Shown here in pieces: positions 1-11,320 of a DNA stretch of 64,000 bases; positions within the stretch are counted from its first letter, which is position 1; each line of letters starts with the position of its first letter. The position numbers were made by a program, and so were the translations under genes. The stretch covers positions 2,604,001 to 2,668,000 of the forward strand of contig JAYWIR010000007.1 of assembly GCA_036172245.1 (NCBI GenBank). The letters are read 5' to 3'. The notes under the pieces are model-generated. The model saw only the letters and a program-made list of their open reading frames with translations, was not told the DNA's origin and did no database searches. Source of the DNA: Raillietiella orientalis (taxonomy: Eukaryota).

Positions 1-1000
1 ACGAAAAATGTCCTCTCCAGCATGATCGTTCGGAATTTCAGATGCCCTCCACAAGGTGAAGATGAGGGAAAAATTTTCAAGCTGGGAAACGCCGCCTCCG
101 TAAATTTTTGGACCTTTAGCCTGCTTTTCCTTTATGAAGAGGTAGTTGGAAGATGACGGAGGTCTGAAAATCATCCATCGCCTGGCTCTATCTTCATCAA
201 TCCCCAGGAAAGCTCACTTTTGGCGGCCTTGTTGTGAATGGCGCATGCCCGAGCTTGCTGGGCGGAAACTGACTTCCGAAAACTTCCTTGGAATGCGAGG
301 GACTGTGTGCTGAATGTCGAAGAGAACCCACCTTCATCCTTTTGTTTCCGCTAGGCGCTCCGTCCGTGAGGATCCTAGATGCATTCGGGCGAAGACAGTA
401 AAGGATGGAAGGAACTACGAATCGATGCATGAGAGCCCACACCTCCCACCTATCAGGACGAGTCCGGATGTTCCATTTGGGAGCGAGATATGCTCTTGGT
501 GGAAAGAGAAAAGCAAAGGAGAGGAAACCAATACAAACTGATGATGCTGCGGAATGATGCTGCTGCTGCACCTTGGTGTCTGATTCCTTCTCAATGGGTC
601 AGCAGAACCGAGACGCTGAAGGATAGAAGGGCGCTTCCTGTCTCCGGGCTAACTTTCCTGGGTCTGATTCCCTTGGTTTCGTTCGATCCCGTCCGGACTG
701 AAGACTGGAGGTGGGCGTTCACAGGAGCTCAACCGCTTCCCAGTGTAAGAAACGCACGTGTTTCCCAAACACATGCACACGCTTGCGCTTGCTCGTGGTG
801 CATTCTCTCACAACCAGCGACAGCTGGGGAGAGCTAGCGCGGGAAGCGGTGTTCTGGGTCAGAGGTCGCATTATGGATACAGGAAAAGTGTTCACTCTCA
901 AGCGATGAACCTCAATGCTCAGCGAAGCGAAATCGAAATTCTCATTCGGATTCATCCGTAAGATGGAACGAAGCGGTTTCTTCCACTTAGGCAGCCTGGC
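1..1000 (+). mobile_element. Decayed L1-type LINE ORF2 fragment (post-RT region), running off the left edge
   Basis: Frameshifted translation gives TKNVLSSM..FQMP..KRRLRKF(L/W)..EDDGGLKI in the first ~175 bp. This resembles the L1 post-RT pattern KSVLSS.P.Y...F.LP...R.FLW...GGLG. A later W..G.FT.K-like segment lies near 855-905. The right boundary is a guess. Confidence 0.4.
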
Positions 1001-1635
1001 ATCCGTTTTGCCTCCCACGCCTCAGCAGTGTGCACGGAGAGGAAAAGAAGAATCGGCAACAAAGGAGAGAAAGTTTGCAACACAGAGGAGTCGTCCGATG
1101 GGGCGAAGAGAAAACAAAAAACAATCTCTTCCGAATCGAAGTGCATTTCCCATCTGAAACAGCACGGTGTGGCCAAAGACGATTCCTCTAAGGGCTTGTG
1201 CCCGTGAGCGGCCATTCACAAGATAGAACGAGTGCCTCTCCAAGACCTCTCAGGATTGCTGCTGCTCTTCACGACCGGTCACGAAGTCCTCGATGCTTGG
1301 ATGAGCGCGCGCAAGAACTCCCAGCTCTGCTCCCGAGAGGTTCCACGGTCGCCATTTATGCTCAAATCTGCTGTTGACTAAAGCATCCAACCGGGAAGAC
1401 AGCAGCTAGTAGTGAGGATTATCCTCCAACTCCGCAGATTACCTGGCATCCTCATCTACTCCTTCTGGAGATGCTAAGCTTCCTGAAAGTAGCTTTGTGA
1501 CGTCTCCTTCTTCCGGTGTACTCCTCGAGATGTACTCATCGTTGAGCTGATGAGGGTTATATGCTCTATTCAACCTCACTAGAGGGAGCTTTACACGCTG
1601 TCGAGGGATGAAGAACTGAATAAAGCTGACGATCA

Positions 1636-1933
1636 ATGCTCGCACGAAGCAGACAGCACTCAACAGCACGCATGGCAAGGCGCAGAGGAAGCAGTCAGCA
1701 GCGACGATGGCGCGAAAGAGTGCACCTACCATCGGAGGTGTGAAGAAGTCCCATCTTCACTCCCAGGGGCAGCGGCTCTGAGGCATTCACGGCCACCAGA
1801 AAAGCGATGCGCTGCTGATCCACGGTGGCTTTTCGGTACCTGGCACGCGAAACAGGACTTCAAGGAGGACTTAAACGGTTCCAAAGTTTCGTTGGTACAA
1901 GAAGTCAGTGAAGCCTGCTTGGTCGTTCTGTTT
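1636..1933 (+). pseudogene. H3: Histone H3 pseudogene (intronless, several frameshifts, 3'-truncated)
   Basis: Across frameshifts it reads [39 protein letters not shown] / PGAAALR / HQKSDALLI / FRYLARE / QDFKEDL / RFQS / VQEVSEACLVVLF. This is colinear with H3 from [20 protein letters not shown] to QEASEAYLVGLF. The ATG overlaps the Ala codon (one G lost). Confidence 0.92.
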
Positions 1934-2774
1934 CCCTCCGCCCCGTTGGCAAGAAACCAACCGACCTTCCTGGATGGCTTCCCAGCTATCTCGGACAGCT
2001 CATTCGGTGCAATCTTTTGGTGCAGTGTGGCCGGTGGGTTACTGACAGCGAGGCGACCCATTTCACCAGTAGATCAGGAGAGAGTGCTGGAAGCTGTTGG
2101 AGAGCGTTTTCTCATTCCGAGGGCGAGCTTGTCCCTGGGTCTCCCTAGCCGGGGTTTCAACCAGAAGAGAGTGCACGGAAGTGCACCGTAGGAATGTCAG
2201 GATGGTGCTTGTCATATTCCTCTTCTGATGCACCCCACTGTCCCACCGTCTCCTGGAGATCTTCAGCTCTTTCGTCGTTCCTGGGTTTGCTGGGTTTCGT
2301 GATGGCCTACAATGATGCAGCACGAGCTCCTCTCCTCCTCACAAGCCAAGAGCCAGTCCTCGATGCTTGTTCTCTCTGCGCCGCCTGATTCTCTCTCCAA
2401 AGCTGCGACCGACGACTCGCAAAGGCAGACGGTGTCCAGGAGCTCAACTCTTCTTCTGCCCTTGAGGAACCAGGTCCAGTTGAGCTTTGGAATGTGTTCC
2501 TGCAGTGCACTGATTCGGGGTCGCCGGTTCCCACTTCTCAGTCCAAGGAAAGCTCTCTCAGTCCGATTTACCAAAATCTCGGTAACTGTGACAGTTCAGT
2601 GGTCAGGGATGTGGTTCAGTAGGTTCCCCGCAATCACATGGCTTCTGCATATGCGATCGATGCTGCCCTGGTGGATGATACTTTGCACAGGTTAAGCAGC
2701 GACCACATGAATATATTGGATTATTCACAAGCTGTGGTTACCACTTATATATTGCATCACTTATAAACTGATAC

Positions 2775-2828
2775 GCTAGGACGAGGTGCAATACGCCGTA
2801 TCACGGCGTATTCCACCTCGTTTTGAGC
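2775..2828. repeat. Near-perfect inverted repeat / hairpin
   Basis: ACGAGGTGCAATACGCCGT (2781-2799), loop ATC, ACGGCGTATTCCACCTCGT (2803-2821): 19-bp stem with one mismatch, extendable by G-T pairs to 2775/2828. Confidence 0.9.
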
Positions 2829-5480
2829 ATTCTCTCTGGCGGGAGATCTGGGAATTAGAACGAGGGAACTCACGTGTTCCCTCTCGAAAGCTACTGACTT
2901 TTCCCTGAATCGGGACGAATAGGAATCCTGTATCTTGACCACTGTTTTCCTTCAAGAGGGAATGCTCAATCGTGTTTATGCAGCCCTGTTTAAACCGGGC
3001 CATTTATCTCGAGATGCAGCGGAGGAATGCCAGCGGGTACTTCTGCGCTGACCTGGTCAAGCATATTTCACCCAGCATGCGTTCTTGTTGTTGATCCGAA
3101 TTGAGTTGTGTTGCAGCTAAAGACAGCTCCCTGCATCCGCGACCTGGGACGGGTGGCTCTCAGGTCGCGAACATGGGGAGACCACAAAGAGAAACGGCGG
3201 GTCTGCGGCCACCGCCGTGGGGAGAGAAATGCAGATTCTGGTTGCTGGAACTGCTGTTGATTTTCTGGGGGAGGGAAATTCGGAGCGAGCGCGCCACGGG
3301 GATTCTTTGGAGGAGTTTCTCCTCCTGGGCTATTGCGGAACATTGGCGGAAGACCGACTCCACGTATCCTGAGTCCTCGTGTCGAACGGAACAGATCCTC
3401 AGGATGGGAGAGCATATCGGAACCTCAGTTTTCCTCTTTCCCGTCCTTAATGGGAAGTGACTTCCGTCAGCAGCGGGAAAGTCGAGAAGGGGCCTCATCG
3501 AACGCAGCACGGGCATTTTTGCCGCATCAGGCACCGGGTCTCAGGATCGAGTTTGGTCCGGTTGGTTTGGTCGACGCGATTTGCTCGAAGGTCGGCAAAG
3601 GTGGAGGGGCCCTCGTGCCTCCCAGCTTCAAGATGCACCACATTTCGCGTCGATCTTCCTTACGAGAGTGCTCCTAGAAGCATCGAGGAAGAGGATCGTT
3701 TCTGCAGAATCGTTCTCCTTAGAGTTCCGGCAGGAAATGTCAGACTGATGGCAGACCTTGATTTATAGAATTTCGGGAAGTCCTTGACGCCCAGGTCATA
3801 CTTGAAAGAGTGGGAAAAAAATTCCCATTGTTATATGTTAAAGAAAGGAAGAAAGAAAGGAAAAAAAAAAAAAAGGAAAAAAAAAGGAAAAAAAAGCTCC
3901 AGCCAAACATTGACTGCTCGCTTTATTTACCTCTCGGAAGACAAAGAGATAATCACTCAGGTGGTGTACTGGACTGCGCAAATAACTTCGAAATCGATCG
4001 GTTTGAATGTCCAGCATCCAGGGTGATTACAAACTCTGTCTTTTCGTTTCAGATTTATGAGAATTGATCTTCGAGGATTTCGGAAAACACTCACGCATGC
4101 ACGCGCCCCCGGACACAAAGGCGCAAAAACAGCGTTCAGGCCGAATACAATGAAGAAATTGATTTCCGAGCCATTGCTCTTCACAGACTCCTTCCCGAAT
4201 GGATACGCTCCTGAGAGGACGGATGCCGAGTACTGGATAGCAGGAAATGATTTCCTTCCAAAGCGGCTCTGTGACTGCCCTGGGGCAAACGTCAGTCCAG
4301 CTGGCATTCATAGAAGAGTATGAGGGCTTTTCATTCAGATCTGGTGCATGGAAACGCGCGCTCGGAGGGATCCAACGGAAGTATCAACCATCTGTTTGCC
4401 CATTTCGGAAGCTTGCTCAGCATCGCTCAACTTTGGCTGACGGCCGGAACGTGGCGGTCATGTCCAGCTATGCTGGATATCGGCCCACTCATGCAACATG
4501 CGTTTCTTGCCTGCGGGAGGGACCTCGGGTTTCATGGCCACCTCGCCGTTCTTCGAGTCCCAGGATCCACTCTTTCCATTGCTGAAGACCAATGGAAAGA
4601 GTCCCGGAAGTAAACCCTTCGCAGAACCAAATGCTGCTCTTACAGGAGCCGGTACTCTGGAGGGGAAAAAGAGGAATTTGGTCTCTTTTATCATTGTCAT
4701 CGCTGCTGAGTTCTCAGATCGGCTGGGAGACATCACGTATGATGATCCAACTTTCGTTCTGGTGCACCCGCTGTGGTCGGATGTCGTCTATCGGGATCGA
4801 GTGCATCGAGACAAGAGAAAGTGACGAAAGGAGAATACCTTGAGTCACTTTCTCTCAACCAGATTGATGGCAAGATCGAGTTTCCCGGTGATGGCATGTG
4901 GATTCTGAAAGCGGCGACTCGGAATGTGAGTTAGGGACCCTATCGAGAGGGCGCCTCCGAGAGTTCTGAAGCTCCAGGATTCTCCCGGGTGTGTGGTGAC
5001 ATCCACGTACCGCGAAAACATGAAATCAACGGCTCTCTATGAAATGCATTCGACGGCAGCAACTAGGATTGCCTGCGGGAGGACATCCATCCAGACGCGC
5101 GCTAAAAAATGAATAAATTCTGTTTTGGTCTTGGTGACGACGGCACATCCACGAGGGGTCACCCGATTGGGTCTTTGTTGGTCTCGAAAAGAGGCATGCG
5201 CTCCGGAGTCATGAAGTGCTGAATGACTGAATAAACGGGAATGGGAATACTCGAAGTTGGGCCTATTCCACAGACTCATCCTCATTCATGGGGCTTTGAA
5301 CGCAGCAGACCTGCCAGCCTGTTATCCCGTAGATTTGCAGGCCTGCTGGTGTGCAAAGCAGTGAGGAAGGCGGCAGACAGGAAGAGCGTGACCGTTCGTT
5401 TGGGAAGATACCTTCCGGAGTCGTAGCTCTTTTTGATAAGTGTCTCGATTCCTTCTGCAGTCTGATGCATTTCGAGGACG

Positions 5481-5518
5481 CATGAGGAATAAGAATCCCC
5501 ATGAGGAATAAGAATCCC
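5481..5518. repeat. 19-bp perfect tandem duplication
   Basis: CATGAGGAATAAGAATCCC occurs twice, adjacent. Confidence 0.9.
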
Positions 5519-5849
5519 TCAGTGGCTCCCATTCATTTATCTCGACTCAATTCTTTTTGTTCAGATTCTTCCGTCTCAGACTCTGTCTTCGTTTCCTCCT
5601 TTTCTTCATCGCTGCAAGGTTTATGGTCCTGTAGGTGACCTGGTCTAATTTTTTTTCTTTTTGGTGATCTGTTCTGTTGGCAAGGCTGTCGCAATCTTGC
5701 GTTCGTAGCTTCAGTTGTTTTGTCCACCGCTCTCCGACCACGTTTTCTCCGGTCCGCATCAGCTCCTCTTTGCGTTGCCAATAATGCCATCTCCCGTCGC
5801 CATTGGCTCTACAGTCGTACCTGAAAGCATTCCCCTTTCCTCTGACAAC

Positions 5850-7788
5850 TAGTGCACGTTGCGTGCTAACTAATCGGGTGCAGAGATGAGACCTTCCTGG
5901 GGCGCTCCTGATGCCCGCTTCATATCTCATATCCCTCTAAACGAGTGCCTCATTCTTATCCTAGTTAAAATTTGGCGAATCGTGGGTTCACACTTCGTTT
6001 GGGAATCCTCACCTGCGGACCTTGGGGACATCCTTCTCTTTGAAGGAGATCCCAGAGTACCATTATGCTCGAAGCGAAGGGAAAGCGAAGAGGCTTCCAT
6101 GGATTAATGGAGTGAGAGAGAGAGGAAAAAAAACATCATCTGACTCATCACCTGTGACTGAAGGAACCGACCTTCAGGTCCTGTGTTAGGATGCTCGAAA
6201 ACTGCATCTGGAAATCTGATTTGGAACTGCGTAAGAAAAGGACTAAGAAAACAAGGAACAGCAGCATGGAATCCCAGACAGGGGGATTCTTTCATTGCGT
6301 CTCTGCCCTCTCTCATGGTGCGCCATGCTGTGGCCACGCCTTCTCAGTTTTGAATTTGCTGGCTCATCAGTTCTTTCCTCTGGTACCGCGTTCCATTCCG
6401 TCCATAACTCCTGTGCATTTCCGGGTGCCACCGCACCCACGGATTCTGATTGCGCAGCTAGCTGCAAGACCTACTGCAGGACTCGGAGCATTCCGGACCG
6501 GCGTGCCGGACGCCCTGCCCAACTGCGGGGTGCTTCTTTGCCGATGGCTCCTTCCTTCCTTAAGCTAAGAGAAGAACTGCTGAGGTAAGGATGACGGATT
6601 GTCAACGAAGGTCCTTTGGGGAGCCTCACGGCCGCTCATTCTTCTAATAGGTGGCCCAGCCTTACGGAGAAATGCCAATCTCGCCATCCTGACGTTACGG
6701 AGGATGGAGCTGCAGCTCCACTTCCGGAGACTCGTCCTGATGGAGAAGGCATGGAACCAGCAGTAACGCCTCCCTGCTCGCCACGTTCTCTGGCATGCGG
6801 CCAGTTGCGAGGGACTACTGTCCTTCCTTTTTCTCAACCGGAAGTGGGCGAGACTTTTGGGGTTTCCCCTGAAACAGCGCTGTCCACCCGCAGGCAACAT
6901 ATGGGCAGCAGCCTCGCGGCAAATTGGGAGGTCAGTGTCGAAATCTCCGGAAGGAGAAAAAGACTAGGCGAGTAGACGATGGGCCAGCTAACGAACGCTG
7001 CGAACCCGAGTGCCCTCCTCCCTCGAGGATTCTTGCCCTGGGGCTAGTTGCTGGGAATTCCAGCGGACGATCTTCAGTGGTCCCCGATGCTTATGGGCAC
7101 CCGCGCCCTCTCCTTGAAGTGGAAGGAGTGGGCGTTGATGCTGTCGGCGGGCATTGCACAGGAGTCTCCCCTGCAACGCCCGCCGGCATCACTGGACATA
7201 AGTGTGTTTGGACCCAAACTGTGAACAGTCAGGGGAGAGGGAATACCTCCCGCACCTCCTAGTGGACTATGTTGTCCTGTGGCCCCCTTGGGGATGATTT
7301 GTCTCGATCCTTGAAACCCCTGGCGGCAACCATAGGGACGTTGCGAGACTCCTCATTGTCCGATACGCACTGCAGCCAGTCGCAGCACATTGCTTCTTCC
7401 GCGGGATCGCGGCGACGTGGAGCGACGCCAACAAAGGGAGGAACGATAGGGACGCCATCCATTTCGCTCTTCGCTTTCTGTGGATATTCAGTTTGCCCCA
7501 TCTGGGACATATCCGGACCGACCTCGCCGGCATCCTGAAAAGGATGCATTCTCTTCCAGAGTAAAGTGATCTCTTCCTGTCCCTCTAAAAATTTTTTCAT
7601 TTATTTTCTGTTTTCTTTTTGTTTCCCCAGTCCCTCACCTCCCTCCTCTGCCGAGGTAAGCCCAGCTGACCTGATCACCGGCGACCCTGCAGGTCTGTTG
7701 TAAGATATGCCGTGGTGGGGCTCCATGTTCTACCACGACAACTGTATGTTTATTGTTTTCGTCAAGAAACGCCCCGGAGTGACGGTTG
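5850..7788 (+). mobile_element. 5'-truncated, decayed L1/Tx1-like LINE (RT C-terminal half, zf-RVT, 3' UTR)
   Basis: Motifs in order: GRS*CPL (RQGCPL-like, ~5900-5920), ADLGDILLF (YADD-like, ~6015-6041), AGLG...LLCRW (~6475-6548), LKWKEW..ML / NARRHHWT / DPNCEQ..EYLPHLLVD (~7110-7270), NDRDAIHFALRFL..PHLG..LAGILKRM (~7440-7550). Then a T-rich UTR, a stem-loop at 7711-7737 and the terminal motif at 7764-7788. 6895-7280 is clearly homologous at DNA level to 53742-54115. Confidence 0.82.
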
Positions 7789-7899
7789 AAGCAGCTCGCC
7801 TCCCCGCTGGAATCCAACGAGTGAATCTCCAGCCTCCCAGTAAACCTTCATACCTGGAAGCAGGAATCTGTGGACACTTGAGCTCGGTTGACTAGCACC

Positions 7900-8941
7900 A
7901 GCCCTGAAGACCTCGTGCCGGTCCAGCGGTTCATCAGGGTGTATCTGCAAAGAATCGTTGAGGAATCGACCAAGTGTTCTCGTGCCATCCGCCACATCTC
8001 TGGTGGAAGACAGCCCTGCGGCCAGAGGCCGCAGGGCTACTGCCCTATGGGAAAGCAGAGGTAGTTGCCTACCAGCGAGGTGGGAGTCCTCTTGCACTGT
8101 CGTGGGAGTGTACGAACCCCTAGGTGGATGCACCACAAAAGTGCTGGCCGATGCGGCAGCCACGCTCTGCTTTCAGGCGAAGGGATTTCACTGGTCCTTT
8201 GAGTGCGCCCCCGGAAGAGCTATGCGTTCCTCCTCTGTGCCCGAACAGTTCCACGTTTTCCCTCGGGTGACAACACGACGTGGTTCTCCCCTTGCTCCGG
8301 GGGCCCCCGCGCGACATGCGACGAGCACATTCACCGCGTGAAGAGGTCGAGAGTTTATCCCGCGCGTGGCAGACGCTGGGCGGTCGAGGCGCGTCCGCAC
8401 GTGCAGGCGAGCTGCGGTGTTCACCGTCAGTCGTAAGTGAGCGGCCGGCTTCCAACCCTTTTGCACGTTCGGGACATGCCGGTTGAGCAGCTGAGTCTCT
8501 TCCTCTTCCGAGAGGGACTCTCGTCTGCCCCACCACGATCGCACCCGCGGCTCACTAAGGCCGGCCGCTCGCTCGAGCCGCACTGCAACAGAGGGAAGCC
8601 ACTCGCATTGCTGTCTCCTTCAAGAGGAAGGCTTGCAGGTGGTCCTACCTGGAAATGGAAGTGGTCAGAGAGATCGCCATCACCCTGCACCGGCTTTCAG
8701 AAAAGGAGCAGGAATCTCGGTGACTCCATTGAACTGCTTAATTCCTCCCTCCTTCAGGTTGGTAATTCTCCAGGCAATTCCCCAAGCTCACCTGTGAGTC
8801 GGCAACTCGTCGTCGTCCCTCCCAAATGAACTTCTTTTTGTTTTTGCTTTTTATTTTTGTCAACCACATGGAACTCCGTTCCTCGTTCCATGTAGCTTTA
8901 TTTTTTGTTTCTATAAATAGACGCCCCGGCGCAACCGGATG
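7900..8941 (+). mobile_element. Second, more divergent LINE 3' fragment, head-to-tail with the previous copy
   Basis: EATRIAVSFKRKACRWSYLEMEVVREIAITL (~8595-8690) matches EATSKEAAFMRTAARWPHLPEVTIEVATI in the 36-kb copy. UTR hairpin ACATGGAAC/GTTCCATGT at 8866-8893; terminal ATAAATAGACGCCCCGGCGCAACCGGATG at 8913-8941. Start is approximate. Confidence 0.65.
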
Positions 8942-9194
8942 AAAAGCCAAGAGAGGCTCCCGTTTCCCCTGCCATCGGTGAGTGGCGCGGATAACTCCCG
9001 AAGCGAAGACGAGGGATCCAGAGTCTGACGGAAAGCAGAAAAGAAGGCTGGAAACGGTGCGAACATTCAGAAGGTTGCGAGTCGGAGATGAAACCCGAAC
9101 GCACACGGGGTCAGGTGGTCAGCGGATGTTACGCCTGAAAGCACCTAGGGAGCCAGCGACGCGAAACCCTACAGGATCAGCAGCACCTCCGCAT

Positions 9195-9876
9195 TGAAGC
9201 AAGCCGGAACATTCATTTAAAATCAATGAATAAATAAAGTTCAATGGCAGCTGCTGGTCCGAAACGGAAGGGTGAGAGCCTCACCGAAAATACGACCAAG
9301 AGGGAGGAGCGGCTGGGAAGGGAAAGCCGATGAAGGAACGCATAAATAGGGATGGGATGAAGCGGAGAGGCGATCATCGTTCGCAGGAGTCTGAACTAGG
9401 AGCGGAGACCGGAGGGGAGGAAGTGGGCGCGCTGGCGCCGGTAACGGTCTAACCTGCCCAGAGTCACATCAGGACCTCCTTTTGGACTTTCCAGTTGGAC
9501 CCACTCAGCCTGACTTCTCATATGGGACACTGCGACTGCTCGATTTCCTCTTTGAATGGGGATGTACGCTCTTCTTCCATCTTAGTCACTGCTGCTTCCC
9601 TCACCTCGAAGTGGATGACTAGCGCAAAGACAACTGGTGAACCCGAAGAAGAGCTTGCGTAGGTCCTGGGATCTGGAGTTCCCGAGCGATGCGCGTCGAT
9701 CTCTTCTTCAGCCCATTGCATCTCCTCAAGCTCGTGGGAAAGGGTTTCTACCACTCCTCGGAGATCCTCCCTATCAAGGCACGAGGACCCTTCCCGTTTC
9801 TAAGGAGACTCCAGAGCGCCGTTAATGTGGCAGGGTGTCGGAAGAGAAGGAGAAGGACGGAGTAGCGGATCAGGAA
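9195..9876 (-). mobile_element. Putative 3' part of a minus-strand LINE-related element split by the Mutator-like insertion
   Basis: The minus strand reads as a pyrimidine-rich UTR with CGTTTCGGACCAGCAGCTGCCA...TTTATTTATT (shared with 39385-39480). It ends in TAAATGAATGTTCCGGC, resembling the family terminal motif. Confidence 0.35.
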
Positions 9877-10770
9877 GGATCTGGTTCAAAATCTCCAAAG
9901 ATCAGGAATAATACATATTAATCTATATATGAATATATATTTATTTTTTATAATCTCCATGATTTATATTAACCCTTTGAGTTCTGTGGACACATAGATG
10001 AGTCCGACGAAAACTATCAGCATACTCCACGGGCGCATACATGGGGTCGGTGAAAATCACCGGCGTGCACTATGGACTCACATATGCGTTTGGCAAATGT
10101 GTTTGTCTTATATACGCGACATGAGCTTAACACTATCAATGTTTTGAGATGGACACGTACATTTACGTTCTTATAATTACCTTAGCAACGACAGCTTTCC
10201 CCAGTCCGACTCGCGATGGGGTGAATTTATTTGGCAACCTTATGTTAATATTTTACACTGATTCGCAGCACAACAGTTTGCCACTCAATTTCACTTTCTC
10301 AGAGTTTCGATGTCACTGAGTGCCACTTGCTTTTGGGGTATTCCTCGGGAATGGAGTCACTAGTGGGGATTCCACGCACTTGACTATGTTCCTCAATCCT
10401 CCTCAGACGCCACGGGGAGTCCAAGTGGGAATGTGTCAGCAGCTCCTGATCCCAGTTTCCTGTTTCAATAATCCTTTCAGAATGCCCACTGCAGGAGAAT
10501 TGTTCATCCACGTCCGCAGTTTTGCTCTTCCTACCACGATGCTCGTGATGAAGAGAGCGATGGTAGTGCGGAACATTGGGTTGTGTCGGCCGACGTTGCT
10601 GTTCCCTTCAGACATCCCCGCCGGGATCTCCATCCTCCTCACCTTCTGCAGTCCGGTCACCTCCTTCGGCTTGGCCCAGTCGTGGCGCGGCCTCGGGCAG
10701 CTGAGCACGTGGAGTTGGGTTTCCCTTAGCGAGGACGGTGAACAAGCTTCTCTTTACATCGGCTAGCTAC

Positions 10771-10810
10771 TCTCGGTTTCTCAGAGAGTCACTTCTCTGA
10801 AAAACCGAGA
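10771..10810. repeat. 17-bp inverted repeat (1 mismatch), 6-nt spacer
   Basis: TCTCGGTTTCTCAGAGA gtcact TCTCTGAAAAACCGAGA. Confidence 0.9.
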
Positions 10811-10872
10811 ATGAAAATACACTATTTCATGTGGTGCGAGTAGAGAGTTATAACAGAGTGGCTTAAATCAGC

Positions 10873-10904
10873 ACTTTATGTATCGGTGCCTCGATACATA
10901 AAGT
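10873..10904. repeat. Perfect 13-bp inverted repeat, 6-nt spacer
   Basis: ACTTTATGTATCG gtgcct CGATACATAAAGT. Confidence 0.92.
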
Positions 10905-11320
10905 ACCTACGCGGTACTCGAAAAAGCATCTCGTCCAGAGAGATCGCCATTGAGACTCGCGTGCCGTCAGCACAGAACGCTTACATCTGATAAGCTCCGC
11001 GCCCAAAGAGTCAATTCATACATTAATCTTTATATGAAATATAGACTCAATATATATAATGAGCATCAGTATATATTTATTTTTTTCGATCTTTAATATA
11101 TATATCAACAAGTTATTGATTATATTGATAAAATGCATGCCACTGAATCTTAATAAATATTCCTGTTCCGATCACATTACTGTTTATAATTTGCTTGCTT
11201 ATAAATATGAACGAGTATGCATATTAAAATAAATTTGTACATAAATATATGCACACGCGATGAGCACACGTGTTTATTTTTCGTGGTCTTTCGGGATTTT
11301 GATCGGCACCGGATCAGGAA

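Larger units (their letters stand above)
9973..11010. mobile_element. piggyBac-like non-autonomous element nested in the MULE
   Basis: Left end TTAA|CCCTTTGAGT. Right end GCCCAAAGAG|TCAA (reverse complement TTGA|CTCTTTGGGC). Base composition shifts abruptly from the AT-rich flanks at both junctions. The right TSD and TIR each carry substitutions. Confidence 0.45.
9877..11310. mobile_element. Mutator (MULE)-like non-autonomous TIR element
   Basis: A 10-bp direct repeat GGATCAGGAA lies at 9867-9876 and 11311-11320. The ends are imperfect inverted repeats: GGATCTGGTTCAAAATCTCCAAAGATCAGGAATAATA versus reverse complement GGTGCCGATCAAAATCCCGAAAGACCACGAAAAAATA, with AT-rich similarity continuing inward. 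A 9-11-bp TSD with long G-initiated TIRs is typical of Mutator. Confidence 0.7.

Noticed and set aside
2764..2773. TAAACTGATA, complementary to part of U2 snRNA
   Set aside because: Only 10 nt and 22 kb from the Utopia-like element; expected by chance.
4050..4960. Protein-like frameshifted segment (AEYWIAGNDFL, EEYEGFSF, AWKR)
   Set aside because: Weakly reminiscent of both fibrinogen-related domains and exostosin GT47; I cannot discriminate or support either without a search.
9995..10013. Hammerhead-like TAGATGAGTCCGACGAAAA
   Set aside because: The CUGA core is broken, the stem II loop is too short, and there are no stems I/III.
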